DNA of 56,925 nt, counting the filler, from Sluysia triapertura (Eukaryota): the NCBI GenBank assembly GCA_046118255.1. It is 4 parts of 4 records of this genome, joined end to end, with 100 filler letters (N's around TTAATTAATTAA, not from the genome) between each part and the next. Parts side by side here need not be neighbours in the genome. Positions count along the whole stretch, not along the records: positions 1 to 15,018 come from JBJNIA010241215.1; 3 more parts are not named here. One strand, given 5' to 3'. Position 1 is the first letter of the stretch. The number at the start of each line of letters is the position of its first letter. A program made the translations under genes and the position numbers. Shown here one piece after another: positions 1-13,776 of the stretch. The notes under the pieces were generated by a model, which was not told where the DNA came from, made no database searches, and saw nothing but the letters and a program-made list of their open reading frames with translations.

Positions 1-44
1 TTTCATGGCAATTAGTGAAATTAGAAAATCAGAAATCGAACAAG

Positions 45-127
45 ACGGAAATTAAAGCTGTCGATTTTCTTTTAGTCTGCAATAAGTCGACTAATTTCGC
101 CGATTAAATGTCGACAGCAATTTCCGT
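45..127. repeat. Imperfect inverted repeat / MITE-like hairpin
   Basis: ACGGAAATT(aaa)GCTGTCGA at 45-64 pairs with TCGACAGCAATTTCCGT at 111-127; there is an inner TTAGTC/GACTAA stem. Confidence 0.55.
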
Positions 128-3100
128 ATTTGCTCAAATTTATTATCATTCCAACTATCTAAAGATAATGAGATTTGTGGAAAATAATCCCCTTATCTTC
201 TTAATATCACCTAATCAAAATTTAAAAGTATTGACACATTGCTTTTATAATAATAACGCAATTTGTCAACTTAATTTATCAATAAAATTAATAAATTTAT
301 TTCTCACAGGAGTGTTCTGCATTAATACGTTACACGTCCAGTTCAATAACATATTTGAATTGGTATCTTTATAAGCATTAATTTGATATATATAATACTT
401 AGACATCAATTATAAATTAATTGAAGAAATTTAAGTTAATTATTGTTATATATACAGTAAGGTATAAGCAAAAAGTTTTGAAGTTCTTAAGTTAAATATA
501 AGCTATAAAAATCCTAATAATACGTCTCCAACAGTGGTATAAATTGTATATATTAGGCGAACCGACTCATCAGATATTTTGCAAGTAGGTTACTTTCTTT
601 TAAGAAAAACACTCGCATATTTCTTAATATATAGTAGTACTAAATACAATAAATTTGAAAGAGTCACTCTGAAAATATAAATAATATTTTAAAAATGGTA
701 GCATTTATTCTGCAGATCAAACCATAAATGCCTCCTAAAGAACCATTAATTATATATAATCAAATCAAGAAAAATTAATAAAAATCCAATGGTCAATGTG
801 CAGCTTATGGACACTATGATTATTTTGATGACTTTATCATTTTTTGATAAATGTATTTATTTGTTTTTTTTCATGGTGTTTAAGTATTTAATATTAGCAA
901 ATTTGTGTACTAATAATATACAATTATTACAAACACTAGAGTTTTTACAAGCGTTTACAATTTGTGATTATATTTTAAGAATGTGAAGGCAATTGTCTAT
1001 TAATTTTAAAATGTAATCATAGTCTTAAATATATAGATTTCGTGACGTTGATTTTCCGTTTTTATTTAGTTATATTTAATATCGATTAGCAACAACATCA
1101 TTGCAATATTAGGTTTTATCATTTGGAAAGAGAGATTTCTTCCGATTGTCATAAAATCGAATGATACTCATTTTTTGTATAGATAGGTTTGTGTGATAAC
1201 GATGAATGCTGTTTAAGGAGATGGATATTTATTCGAATGATCGTACAATCGCTTCAAGATTTGGTATACATTAGAATATGTGAAAAGCATACAACTATAG
1301 CAACCAGAGAACCATCATGGATATGTAAGGTATAATATTATGTAATACATTCTTGCATAAATTATGTAAATATGGTTGACAAACATAATTAATTTAGAAG
1401 TTTCAAATTTTTGACCTCTCAAGAACTTCTTTAAGTATTTGAATAATCGAAAATAATTCGGTGCCAAATCATAACATTTTGTTTTACATGATTCAAGTTA
1501 CTTTTGAGTGTATGTAGTAGTATTTAATGTATTTAATATTCGATGATCCTTTACGATGCGTTTGGATAGTTTTTCTTCGAATTCATCCTCAATTCGATCA
1601 ATTCTGTCTTCATTAATAACCCTGATTCTTCTAATTTTAACTTGTGTACTTCGTCACTCAATAGTTGCAAATGATTAGCATACACAACTTAATTCTTTGA
1701 ATATTATTTTTTTTGTCTTTGCTTTTAATACAAACCACTATCACTGTGTTTTCTCGAAGTACACTTTTATTATATTTTTACATTATTTATTTTATAATAG
1801 AATTCATAAAATATTAAAACTGATTCAGAATGAATCGAATCAAATTTTCTTTTTCCTATAGCTTCATAATTTTAATATTTGATTGACTTGCATAAAAACA
1901 CATCATAAAGTTATTGTTTTTAATATTTTATTACAGGACGTCAAATTTTCATCGCTTTATTCTCAGTTTTTAATATTGTACAATTTATTTGATCTCATCA
2001 ATTCTATTTGATATTATTTTAATAAATTGTAATTTGTTAAAATTTGTTTTTGATGATTTTTATTATTCAGAGTAATTTTAGTTTTAATAGCTTTTTAATT
2101 ACCAATTTAAAATATAGTTGTTTTTATATAAATATTTAATTTTGAAAATTATTCAAAAAAAATTATTGGAAATTTACTAAATAAAATACAAGTAAATTTT
2201 AAATAATGGTTTTATTTAAAAATTTGTTAAGGATTTTATTTTTTAACTGTCTTTACTCACTTGATTTTAATTTCTAAAACCGATTTATATTGATAATTTA
2301 AACTTTGTTTCAATCACAAAATTACTAAATGGTTATACGTTATCGTGAGTACTTTTGACCCTCCTCATGCTTACTAGAGATGAAAGTGCAACGTTTATTG
2401 TGAATTCGAGATTTATAAATATAACTACAAGCTTCATATTGAATTTTTTATTTGCCAAAATCATTTAAATTATCAAACCCGACTTACAAATTCAAATTAA
2501 TAATATGATATACTTAGAAGAAAAGAAAACCATTGATTTAATTTCACTAAATTATTATTATTTGACATTTTATTCAATGGTGATTGGTACGATCACCAGA
2601 ATTTGAATGCACTAACACCAGACCAATACCGGAATTTTAAATGTTTAATAAATGTAACCACAATTTTGTATATTTATTTAATAATATATAATAATATCGG
2701 AATTTAAAATATTTATTTACTATTTTCTCTATTCAGAACTTGTGGCCAATAACTATTCAATTTTTATTGTATGTTATCTTCTCTATAATCATTTTCAATT
2801 TACTAACTAGCCAATTTACTTTCATAACAATTCATGATAACAATACACGTTATCATTTTGGTAATACATTTTCACTAAGAATTATTCGTATTATATTTCT
2901 GACTATGTACTTTATTTATTTATATCCGCTTTTCTAGTTAATATTTACTTAAATGTGTTTGTATTCACTTTTAGTGGATTTTTTTGTTTCGTTGATATTT
3001 GCGTAATGTTTGAAGCTGTTTCTTAGTATCTTTGGTGTTTATGAATATATTTTTGGAGTTTTGTAACCAGTTTTTTAAGTTGTAAAGTGAATGTTCGTTA

Positions 3101-4559
3101 ATATTTAGATATTTAAAATAAATAATTTTATTTAAAATGTTTTATTTGCATATTATTTAAACAATATTTCAGATTATTTTCTTAATGTTTTTAATAGAGT
3201 TCTTACAGTATTGTATATACGAATTATTTTTATCATTTAAAAATAATATACAAAGATACAATCATTATAAGGTTTAAACCCAATCGTATTTTCATAAACT
3301 CCAATGTTTTGATGCTAGAAAGTATTTGTTTTTAATTGTTCTTTCTCATTTAAGATGAGGTGAAAGAGTGGTTTAATAAAATCATAGAACATCGTAATTG
3401 TAAAAAACAGAAGTTTACGAGTTGGTTTAGAATATTCAAATTAAGAAAATTGAATATGCTAAGTATTGATTAAAAGTTTACCCAATCTACATATTAACGA
3501 TTTAGTTCAGAATATACACTGTGAATGAATGTAAACTCTATTTTAATATATAAACTGATGTAATATAATTCGATATCGTGACAGTAATAAAAAAAGTTTT
3601 GACAAATATAACGCATTAATGGCATACAATCTTATAATTAATTGAGTATTTATTATTTTTATCAAGTATTGATTAGATTGGTAGACAGAGTAATATTGAC
3701 AATTAAAGAAATGTTTTTGAGCACTTCAGAAACATGTTGATTCAGTAACAAATAATAAAAAATTAAACAAAAAATAAAATTAAATAAACTTTAGTGGTCA
3801 CATTTAAAATCAATTTGCACAATGAAAAGTTTTATTGCGTGTTAAAGGTTTTTAAACATTAATAATTAAGGTTAAAAATAACTGAGTTAAACATTTAAAC
3901 AATACTTGATATCAGAAATGCAGTATTTGGTCATATCGGATTCCAGATGCCATTTTGATTAACCTGTTGACTGACAAATGTTAATTTATAAAAGCTATAT
4001 ATTGTTATTCTTCAATAACTTCAGTTCGATGAACTGAAGTGAAAACTTCTATTTTACAACAAAAACAAGTGTGTACATTAATAGGATACATAATCAAATA
4101 ATATGGAATAATAGATATTAATAAAAGGATCACATTTATATAAAAATAGTAGTTAATATAATAAAGCTGGTACTAATTGTTGTTCGTGCTGCTGGTGATA
4201 AGGAAAATGCTAATAATTGTTGTCGAAGTATATGGCCACAAGCTTACCAGTGATAAGTCAGAACGAACAAACATACTATAAACATATATTGAGATAGGTG
4301 AAAGTATACAAATCACAATCATACCAATAGTAAAACACAGACATAGAATTAAGTGGTGAAATAAAGAAATGAGAATATAGGAAAATAAAGAAGGAAAAAA
4401 ATAAAAATTAAAGAATATAAGAAAGAAATAAAAACATTCAATACAAAATGAAAAGAAGAAGTAAATGTGAAAATGTGAAAGAGAATATCAGTTGTAAATA
4501 TATTGATTATTTACAAAGACTTAATTCCCCAAAACAAAAGATTAAAAATTAAAAGGATA

Positions 4560-5560
4560 AACAAATGCATAAATTGAGTAGAGTCCCAAGATTAAGTCGC
4601 ATAAGGTCTTTGTAGATATTAAAGGAGGATTCAGTGGAAAGTTTGATACTCTGGCGTTCTAAACCAGTAATATTGGGCCTATGGAAGCCTTGTTTTTCAG
4701 AAGGATGTCATTTTCAAGATCTCAAGAACCAAGTGCTCCAACTACAAATGTGTCAAGGGAAACCCGACATTTAAGTTACATTTGGAGCTTATCTCAGGTC
4801 GGAATATTTCGTAATATTGAAAGTTCGTGCCGCCTTAAATTTCTCATAATAATCAATCGGCGACTTGACGTCAATTGGTACTTTGCGCTTATATATCAGG
4901 TTTTCGAGAGTCACCATTAAGGAAGATGTGCGCATCCCTTTTGACTGAGAGCCCATTTATTTAAGTTTACTATGTAAGCATTCGAGAATCTTATTATGTC
5001 TCACTGTACGGCCAATGTTCGAGGACAAAGACATAATACGTCAGCAATTGTTTCCCGTTCAAAGCCGCACCAGCGACACTTAATAAGGATGTTTTGTGAA
5101 GAAAAATTAAGCTTAAGAATACCATTCCTAGCATTAATCATAAAAATCCAACTCTGGTTGTTTAATTGTAAGGACCAGATAGAGGACTTGGATTTTGTGG
5201 GATTTCCAAATGTTGGTATTGGAAGTGTTAATTAGTTACTTTCTCTTTATGAAACCGATTTAATACGATGTCGCATTTGATATTTAATTTTATTTGGTCC
5301 GCAGAATAAAAGAAGCCTGCAGAAATTCGGTAGTTTCGGTGCAAATTGAGGATAAATTGTCGAATTTTGGTCTGCCGTGTCAGAAGTTGTGCATGCTTAC
5401 CGAGTTTGCCGCCATTCAGCCAAGATAGAGCATCAGAAAAATTCTCGACATGATTTAATCTACTAACAATGGCGACATGAAGAATTTTATGCAAGGAAAT
5501 GATACGAATAAGGTTTGTTCGATTGTTAAATATGTGGAAGGTGCAAATTATATTTTAGCA
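4560..5560 (-). mobile_element. 3' fragment of a restriction-like-endonuclease (RLE) non-LTR retrotransposon (R2/NeSL/R4-like), degenerate
   Basis: Minus-strand translation across stops and frameshifts gives the CCHC-type motif CRWCGFERETIADVLCLC followed by RHNKIL, then IDVKSPIDYYEKFKAARTFNITKY and TFVVGALGS*D. This is the standard knuckle plus RLE C-terminus of early-branching non-LTR elements. Confidence 0.85.
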
Positions 5561-7480
5561 CATATAGTCATCGTAAGATGAAATCAAGCTTAAGTCAGAG
5601 GTAGACTAAGGCCTAGGCAATTTTTTTTGAGGCCCGAAACTTAGGTTTTTAATTTTCTAATTTTTATAATTAATTTTTATTTTTATTTAACAGACTAACT
5701 TGATATTCATAATTATTGCTGAAATGTATCCAAATTATACCGAATCGTTGATTGATAAAGTCGTCAAGTGTGGACGAGCGTTCCCGTTCTTATTCATCCA
5801 CGCTCGTGAGTGTCGATGTTGTAAATACGATCGAGCCTTGTGCCTATAAAGCCTTTACTATTTCTTAATCTAAAATCTAACCTACAACAAAATAAATTAT
5901 TATTCTGAGTCCGTTTAAAATATACGACTTACTAATGGCGTACATGTAAAATTACGTGAAAAAACAATTATCAAAATTAATCGTACAAAAAATATTCTTT
6001 GCCTTAACTTGACAATGTAGGTAAATCATACAAAATTCATCACAGTTCATCACATAAAAATATTTCACATGTACACAGATTATTAAACAAATTAAACTCA
6101 TTCGGAAAACAAACCTAATCATAGCACATAATTATCATGAACTACCGTTATTATTATTACAATTCAAATCGTATTAAAAATATGTATAATAATTGTCATT
6201 TTTGTTAAATAATATGATTATCAAGTAATAACTTTATAATAACTTTTATAATAAATTTCATAACGTTTGTAATAAATATCATCATTATTCTAAATTATAT
6301 AATAATTACGTTGTTGTTATTTTCCTTTATCCTTATTATCAACCTTTTTATTTTTTTTGTTTTCCCAGTTTATGTATATATTTATTTATGTGTTTAGTAT
6401 CTGTTATAAAATTTGATCTCTTAACAACTCCAAGATTTCAGTCGAACTGTCTCATATAATATTATCCTCCTCAGTGTCAACTGAAAGAGTCTTCCTTTAA
6501 TTGTAGAGTTGTCCGTACGAAATCAGAACGACCGAACTTAAAATCCACGGTATTCGAAGTAGTTATAATTCAATAATTTGTTCGAAATCTCTGCCACTTC
6601 AATTAAAGAATCGCTCCTCTGGTTTATTTAATGCTAGATCCTTGGTAATTATGAGTGTCGCTAATTCATATAGTTCTAACTTAAATATAGTACCTAATAC
6701 TAACATATCCAACCCAGCATATTCAAAAGAAACGTCGAAATCACTAAAATGCTTATTAAAATAAGCACGAATGTCATTTTTGTATTGTTCATTAATATTA
6801 TTAATTATGTCTATAATACGAATTATAGTACAGAGACGTATTATTTTAAAAAGTTAGTTACAATCGAATTCGATATGTTTACAATCTAATCTATTTGTCT
6901 GCATATATATTTTGGAACAATCTCTGAATTATTTAGGAATTTAAATGCATCCTTTATCTAAAACCGTATTATCTATCCTAACTCATAAACAAAACCTTGT
7001 TTGAATTGAATGCGCTTAAATGATTATTTATCTTTTTATTATTCAAAATTCTTGGAATTATATTTAAAATTACCTTTGGTTTATTTAATATACTTTTCAT
7101 AAATTATTGCTACTTTTATCACCATCTTTTAATTCATCTTTATAATCAGTAAAATGTCATCATTTATATCTATAATAATTAAATCATTATTAATTGTTTT
7201 TCGTCAAAAAGAATCTTTTTGTGCTTTTAATAAGATCAAAAACAAATTTAATTATTCAAACAATTTTTATTTTATAATGATTAAATCTATATAAATTCAG
7301 TTTTTTTTCATTCACACTTAACATTAAATTTACCACTTTCCGTTTTAACAATCAACTTAACTAAATGTATATTTTAAATTAAAACAGAAATTAAAAAATA
7401 ATAGTAAAAAGATAAAAAAAATCAATATTATAAATGTAGATATGGTAAAAACTTAGACAACCGAAATTCTAAGTAATTTA

Positions 7481-8060
7481 ATGTCAATATCGTTATTATT
7501 TACTGCTCCATTTATACAACATAATATGTCTGTCGAATGCTTCACATGTAAAAATTACAATGGAACACCTATACCGGATAATTTCATTACCGTCCCTAAT
7601 CGTGACAGCTGTTGGAAGTGGTTCATTGAATTCCACATTGACAGGATTTGTTCAGATATAAAGTGTTGTCACATTTCATCACTCGAAGAGTTCTATATCG
7701 TCCGATATCCACAAAAATAGAAAATATGAGACTTTTGTATGAAGATATCTTTTTAATTGGAAGTTATATTACTAAATGTGTATATACTGAGAGTATTTTT
7801 ATATTATTCTTTGTTCTATTTTATAGTTTCCTAATAAAAAAGTTTTATCTAGTTGGGTTTAATGTATTATTCTTTAAAGGCCCTAAGCCTGGTTTGTTAG
7901 TTTATAAATTTAATAGCTTTTTAACATTGTTAAAATTAAATGTTAAGTGTTGCTTTTTTGTCGAAAGTTTTATGTTTAAATTTAGAAATATAAAATTAAA
8001 TATTAAAGAATATAATTTAATAACTGTTTTGAAGTTTAAACTCCCCATTTACTTCCGCGC
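7481..8060 (+). pseudogene. Diverged member of the small Cys/His (CCCH-related) gene family plus its shared downstream segment
   Basis: ORF contains CWKWFIEFHIDRICSDIKCCHISSLEEFYIVRYP, compared with ...SHRFYEFKNVLRYP in the 9595-10052 gene. Candidate 34-nt GT-AG intron at 7793-7826. The downstream sequence resembles that of the 9.6-10 kb copy. Frameshifted. Confidence 0.5.
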
Positions 8061-8076
8061 TCAATTTGACATTTTT

Positions 8077-8229
8077 GGTGAAATTTTATCAAATTATCAA
8101 AGAACATAAGTTGAACATGTTTGTAGAAGATTAAAATTAACATCACTAGTTTATTTATGGCAAAGAGATCAGAATGAGTTATTAGATACAATGGTTAAAT
8201 GTGACATAAATGCAATAATGCTTAAAATA
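8077..8229 (+). pseudogene. DPH6: Diphthine--ammonia ligase fragment
   Basis: Translates to GEILSNYQRT*VEHVCRRLKLTSLVYLWQRDQNELLDTMVKCDINAIMLK, matching the conserved DPH6 block GAILSxYQRxRVExVCxRLxLxxLxYLWQRxQxxLL. One in-frame stop; no flanking DPH6 exons recognised. Confidence 0.9.
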
Positions 8230-9594
8230 TTAAACAATTATCTAAAAGTATGGATTAAATCCTTATAGTGAAAGAGGTTGAATAAATGGATTAATCATTT
8301 GCAATTATGCAATACTGTTGTGGATGACACAGAACCTTTGGCCAAAGTAAGAAAGAGATCCTTCAAAATATCTTACAACGATCCAATGAAAGAAGCACAA
8401 CTTATAATTGACCAATCAAGATTTTATCAGAAGTATTATTCAATATATATATCGAAAGAATTTTATGAAATAATTTGCGGCTTCTTATTCGACAACCACA
8501 AATTCAAATTCAATCATTTAGAGTTTGAACTCCAAAAATTTAAAATTTTTATCCAAGAAGTCGATTAGAAACGTTTATCATGCAAACAAAATCCGTCTCC
8601 ACATTTTCGACCATCAAAATAACATTTGAATTGGAAGAAACGATTATGAAGTATAAAGTAACAAAAACTGGTTCATCAATTCATCGAAATGTTTGGAATA
8701 AATATGATTTATCACACACGGAATATGTCGGTTATTCACAATCAGTAAAATCAGAATTATCATTAGACTACAGTCACACGTCTCAGAGTATCAGAAAGAA
8801 AATTCATTGTCAAACACTGAATATACGCGTTGAAAAAAATTAATCGAATAAGAAGTAAAATCTGTATTAATGTAACATGATGTATTGAAAGAACTTGTAT
8901 ATATTTTGAAGTATTTTAATCCGGATTTGGATAGTGCCAAATGTGAAATGGGAAGACAATTAGATGAATGAGAAAATTTCAGTAATAATACATTCTCCAA
9001 AATCACTATAGAAACATTACTACTAACAAACAACACTCTTCCATTTGTACTAAACAGATATCAGTCTGATTTATTCGATCAAGAAACAAATGGTCTTACA
9101 AAAGGTGAATTAATTGCAATTATACTAGCAATCATTTTAGCTATCACAGATGTAGGAATAGTATTCTAGTTAATACTTCGTAATTATGGTATATATAGAA
9201 CAATCACTAATATCCAGTATATGCAGCATTCTACTGCTAACTTAGGAAACAAATCTCAAAGTGCATGCAGTGATAAAACATGCCCATCTGAAGTAATACT
9301 ATGAAGACTGGTGTATATTTATTTAGTTTATAGTCATTCAAATTATAATTTGTTGAAATATTATATCTATTTAAGAAGTTCTTCAATAAATTCAATTTAA
9401 ATTCTTTAAGGTTCGTTAATAGCGATTGATTATAATTATATTTTTTTAAATTTATTATAACTAATTTCGAATTCTCAATAACAAATAATAAATAAAAAAT
9501 ATAATAACATTTAACTTTTTTAATTTTAACATTATAAAAATGGGAATTTTTTAAGATATTGTTCAAATTTCTTAGGCTATGACACGAAAGGAGT

Positions 9595-10052
9595 TTAAAG
9601 ATTGTTCTAAAAGAAATCAGACATAAACAATAATTAATAATTACTTTTGGCTCCTCGTATGATTCGGAGGCGAGTGGCACACTGTTACCAATATCGTCAC
9701 TGACTTCAACGTCTGCAATAGATAACTGCTGCAAATTGAAATTGATTCCAAGATTTGACAGAAGTGAATTTATTCTGTCATAATGAATACTGAAATCTGC
9801 TGGATAGCGAAGAACATTTTTGAACTCATAGAATCTGTGGGAATATCGACAATTCTTCCCATAGCTGGAACATTCCCCAGTTTGTGTAGTTTCATACAAA
9901 CAAAGGGCCATCTTGTAGCAATTGTATTCATTAACATAATTCAATGAATTTATCTGCAAAGGTTTGCTGCCACTATAGAAGAATTTAAAACGAACAGCTT
10001 TTGATTTATCATTTGACAAGTTTGTCTTTAATAATGTTACTTTATTTGTCAT
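9595..10052 (-). CDS. Small single-CCCH zinc-finger protein (139 aa if spliced: exons 10052-9645 and 9606-9595)
   Basis: YKMALCLYETTQTGECSSYGKNCRYSH is C-x9-C-x6-C-x3-H with a TIS11/ZFP36-like YKxxLC leader. A phase-0 38-nt GT-AG intron (9644-9607) is followed by NNL-stop. ATG start, no disablements. Confidence 0.7.
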
Positions 10053-10792
10053 GACAAATGAATCGACATCTCTTTAATAACTAATTTGTGAAACACAAGA
10101 AATATATTAACAAAAGTTTCTATAAATGTTAGGTTTAATCTACCAATACGTTTATCTTCTTTTATCATTTTATAGTCCAATGAATTGACTTAAATAAACT
10201 TGAAAATATGACTTTTTCATAATTTTTACAAATTATAATAATTTCTTTCGACACAGATAGATAAAAATAAACTGTTATTTTGTACTTGCACTAATTTAAC
10301 ATAAATTTCATTAGTTTGATAATTCAAAAACTTTAAAATTTTCGGTTATACTATCTAAAAATAAAGTACTATCTAAAACTAAATTTTTGTTTGTAGTTAA
10401 CTTTAGATCAACAAATTTTATCTTTACAGCATTTCAATACATCACTTCCATCTTTAAATATATTATCTTTTATTTGCTTGACGTTAACAGAATAAATAAC
10501 ATGATCATTTTCATAATCTTTTTCACTAAAGTCGATTATAATATTTCTATCAACATATTTGGATGACACATACGGTTTGTTTTATTCATATACATCGTTG
10601 GAATGCAATGACTATAATATCTAAAACAAACTGATTCATTTAATGTAAGCATCAACAAAATTGTTTCATAAAATTTTTAATTTTTTACTACTAATTAAAT
10701 AAGTCACTGTTATGATTTTTAAAAACACTTTTCAAATTACTATTTTTCTTACAAAAATTTTATGATTATTTTTAATTTTGTGCTGTATGTTG

Positions 10793-10841
10793 ATTGGACA
10801 TCCAATCGAATACATAAAGTAGACCTGAATGGATGTCCAAT
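10793..10841. repeat. Short inverted repeat (MITE remnant or hairpin)
   Basis: ATTGGACATCCA (10793-10804) and TGGATGTCCAAT (10830-10841) are exact reverse complements. Confidence 0.55.
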
Positions 10842-11012
10842 ACAATAATTTGAATTAGTGTCTATCATAGGTAGGTAGTAGAGGTGGAATGCAGAATTAG
10901 TTTTAATTAATCTGTCTACCCATGGCAGACAATGAATTAAGTTTAATTTCCAAGTTAATAAGATAATGACAATAAAATGATGATAATGAATACAACAACA
11001 GTAACAATAATA

Positions 11013-11017
<5 letters not shown>

Positions 11018-11078
<61 letters not shown>
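11018..11078. repeat. (AAT)n microsatellite
   Basis: Pure AAT run. Confidence 0.95.
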
Positions 11079-11080
<2 letters not shown>

Positions 11081-11279
11081 ATAAAATAAAGACAAAGAAA
11101 TTACATAAATCTTTTCTTGATGTCTTTTATTCTTACATGTTCTTTTATATTTATTCATTTTAAAATACAAAATTATTTCTTAGACTAAAATTAAATAAAA
11201 TTCTTTTCAATAAAATTTCTAAAATAAAACTCCTTTAGTTATATATGTTTGTGTTTAATAAGTGAACGATGATACAGAG

Positions 11280-11540
11280 TTATAGATATTGAGGGAATTC
11301 TGTTTTGGTTGAATGTTAAAATGGTTTTGAAGTGTGGATATAATGTTTTTCGGTGATATTAGAAACTGATGTTAAATGATTGTGAATTTGAAATGTTTTG
11401 CATTTCTTTTTGAGATGTGTATTTGATAGTGTAAGATGTAAATTGTAATTCTGATGTTATGAAGTTGTGGATAAAAATGTTTTGAATGAAATTTAATGTG
11501 GGTTAATGGTTTTGAATGTAGCGTGGTTTTGGTGACAACA
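11280..11540 (-). repeat. A/C-rich dispersed repeat, copy 1 (unknown family)
   Basis: Minus strand reads SKHFYPQLHNIRITI, similar to SKHLNLQSHNIQTIM (15.8 kb, +) and PYLQFHNIQITI (20.9 kb, -). Strong strand skew. Confidence 0.5.
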
Positions 11541-12828
11541 TTATGTCAATATATTTTTGTATTATATATATTATAAATATTATTACTTGCTCGATTGGAA
11601 TTAAAATATGGATAAATTTGTCTGATGCATTTATAGTGTATGAAACAAGTGACGATGATTTAGAAACCTCTATAATAGATGATGTATATGTGGCACTTGC
11701 AATTCTTCAATATGGTTTATATCAATGCCACAAAAATTTTACAATAGTTAAATCTGTTAGTTTAATAAAGCCAAAATTTTCATTTTTTAATAATAGTTAT
11801 GTTACAAATTTATTGCATTATTACATTTTTCAAAAGGACAATCGAAAGAGTCGTTTAATTTCTAACTCCGTTTCTAGTGAATCAGCAGTTATTAATTCTG
11901 ATCATGTTTTATTAAAGTTAATATTATTATTAAAGTTATTTATATTTTTATAACATTTGTTCTTGTTAATATAACAAAACTTAATCTTGTTGTTTCATTT
12001 ATTAAATGCTTGTTTTTAAAAGGCCTTAAGCCTATTTTGTTAATCATTTGTATGTTGAGTTTAAATTGTTTCATAGTAATTGAAATTTTTAAGGTTTTCA
12101 ATAAAGTTTTAATCTTAAAACAGAAAAGGCCCTCCTCAAATTTAGTTATTTTTATTATAAATCCAATTGTATAAAAATATATAATAATCATTATGATTAT
12201 TGTTATATAATATAATTGTCATGATTATCATATAATAATTCTTATAATAATTTCATAATAATTCCTACAATAATATTACAATATCATCAACATCATTGTT
12301 TTAAAATATATATAATTATGTTATTGTTATCATTATTATTCCTTATATTGTTGCAATTCATCTTCTTTTGTTTGTTTTATAGTCTTTTGAGATTAATTGT
12401 AATTACATTTTTATCACTTAATTTTCAAAATGTAGCAATAATGCAAATATTATTTATCTGTGTAGTTTAATTTTATACGTCTAAATTATGATGTACGACA
12501 ATATTTCTAGATGCAACCTTGCAAGTTCTGAAAACATAGTTTCGAAATGCATACTAAAACTTCGATAAATAGTTATGTAACATTTAACAACGAAATAAGT
12601 AAAATAATTATGGTAAATTTTCAAATGTACAGAAAAATCAGTATTTCCATAAATAAAACATATTTTAAATAATCATTTTAGTTCTATTGTAGTAATGAAC
12701 TCATAAATAATATACTACCGAATTAGAAATGATTTACAAATCAAAAATTTAGATTAAACTTCAACATAATGGCATTTCTTCATTGAATAATAAATAAAGG
12801 CAGCACATCACAGTATTATACTCTAGAT

Positions 12829-12900
12829 CAGTGGTGTCAAACCTTTTTGCTTTACGGGCCGCATGATTTGCCTCCGCGGGTCGCCACTTTGACACCACTG
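12829..12900. mobile_element. 72-bp hAT (Charlie-like) MITE
   Basis: TIRs CAGTGGTGTCAAA ... TTTGACACCACTG, with a perfect 8-bp TSD CTCTAGAT at 12821-12828 and 12901-12908. Confidence 0.95.
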
Positions 12901-13487
12901 CTCTAGATATATTTCAATAAAATAAATGAATGTATTTTTAAACCGACTTCAAATTAATTAATTTGTTTTATTTTATTCAAATAAACTTTATCACAAACAA
13001 ACTTGACGAATGCGAACGAAATTCAAAATGTTTTAATGCAACTTTTTTGTGTTTTGCAATTAGTCGATTCTATTCAGTTTTTTTACCAACATATAAAATT
13101 AATAATTTATAATTTTGTTTTGTATATACAAAAATTGTTCGAAATATTTATAACATTGATTATTTGTCTCATTTTATTAGGATTTTAATAAAGATAAAAG
13201 TAACGTTGTAACTGCATTAAAAAACAATGTTATTCACATATATTGATTTAAACTCAAAAAGTGACGGTTTAATTTGTTACCATTGGATTTCAATATTTTT
13301 CTCATCATAAAGCAACTTATAATAATTAGAAATATTGTCGGTATGATAATGTTCATTGCTAAATCACACACATCAGATATGGTTAACTACGATAACGAAC
13401 CTGAAAATGTAAAACAGAATTAATGAAAAATTAATATAATTGATTTTATGTACAAATGTTTTAATTATTCTTACTTTGTTGATTGAA

Positions 13488-13776
13488 ATGGATATTAAAG
13501 TTAATTCTGATTTTGCTTATGTGATGTACGTTGTTATTGCAAGTTTTTTTACTAAACTTATTTAATGATGAAAGTCGGAATTGTTAGAAAGAAATACTCT
13601 GAAGACAAACAAGGATTTAATCGTATTCAGAGATGCCATCAGAATTATTTAGAATTATTACCATTTTTTATGTGTTTCTTTTACTTGGTTCATTTTATTG
13701 CTGTAAAGTAGCTGTAGGTTTTGGTGTGGTTTATTGAGTAGGTCGATTGATCTATAAAGTTGGTTATTCTTCTGGA
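13488..13776 (+). pseudogene. MGST3: Microsomal glutathione S-transferase 3 (MAPEG family) pseudogene
   Basis: MDIKVNSDFAYVMYVVIAS / KVGIVRKKYSEDKQGFNRIQRCHQNYLELLPFF / LLLGSFYCCKVAVGFGVVY*VGRLIYKVGYSSG matches the MAPEG motifs FNCIQRAHQNxLE and GRxLYxxGY. Frameshifts, a stop and an internal deletion; no intron seen. Confidence 0.88.

Noticed and set aside
548-578. Hammerhead-like CTGATGAG plus UUCG hairpin on the minus strand
   Set aside because: No GAAA core segment follows stem II, and no stems I or III were found.
1180-1330. IGLCDNDECC resembling an ING-type PHD finger
   Set aside because: The remaining Cys/His ligands are missing; too short to support.
9237-9594. C-terminal half of the 271-aa ORF as real protein
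   Set aside because: A candidate intron shared with paralogs leads to a stop at 9595, so the rest is probably read-through of intron and downstream sequence.
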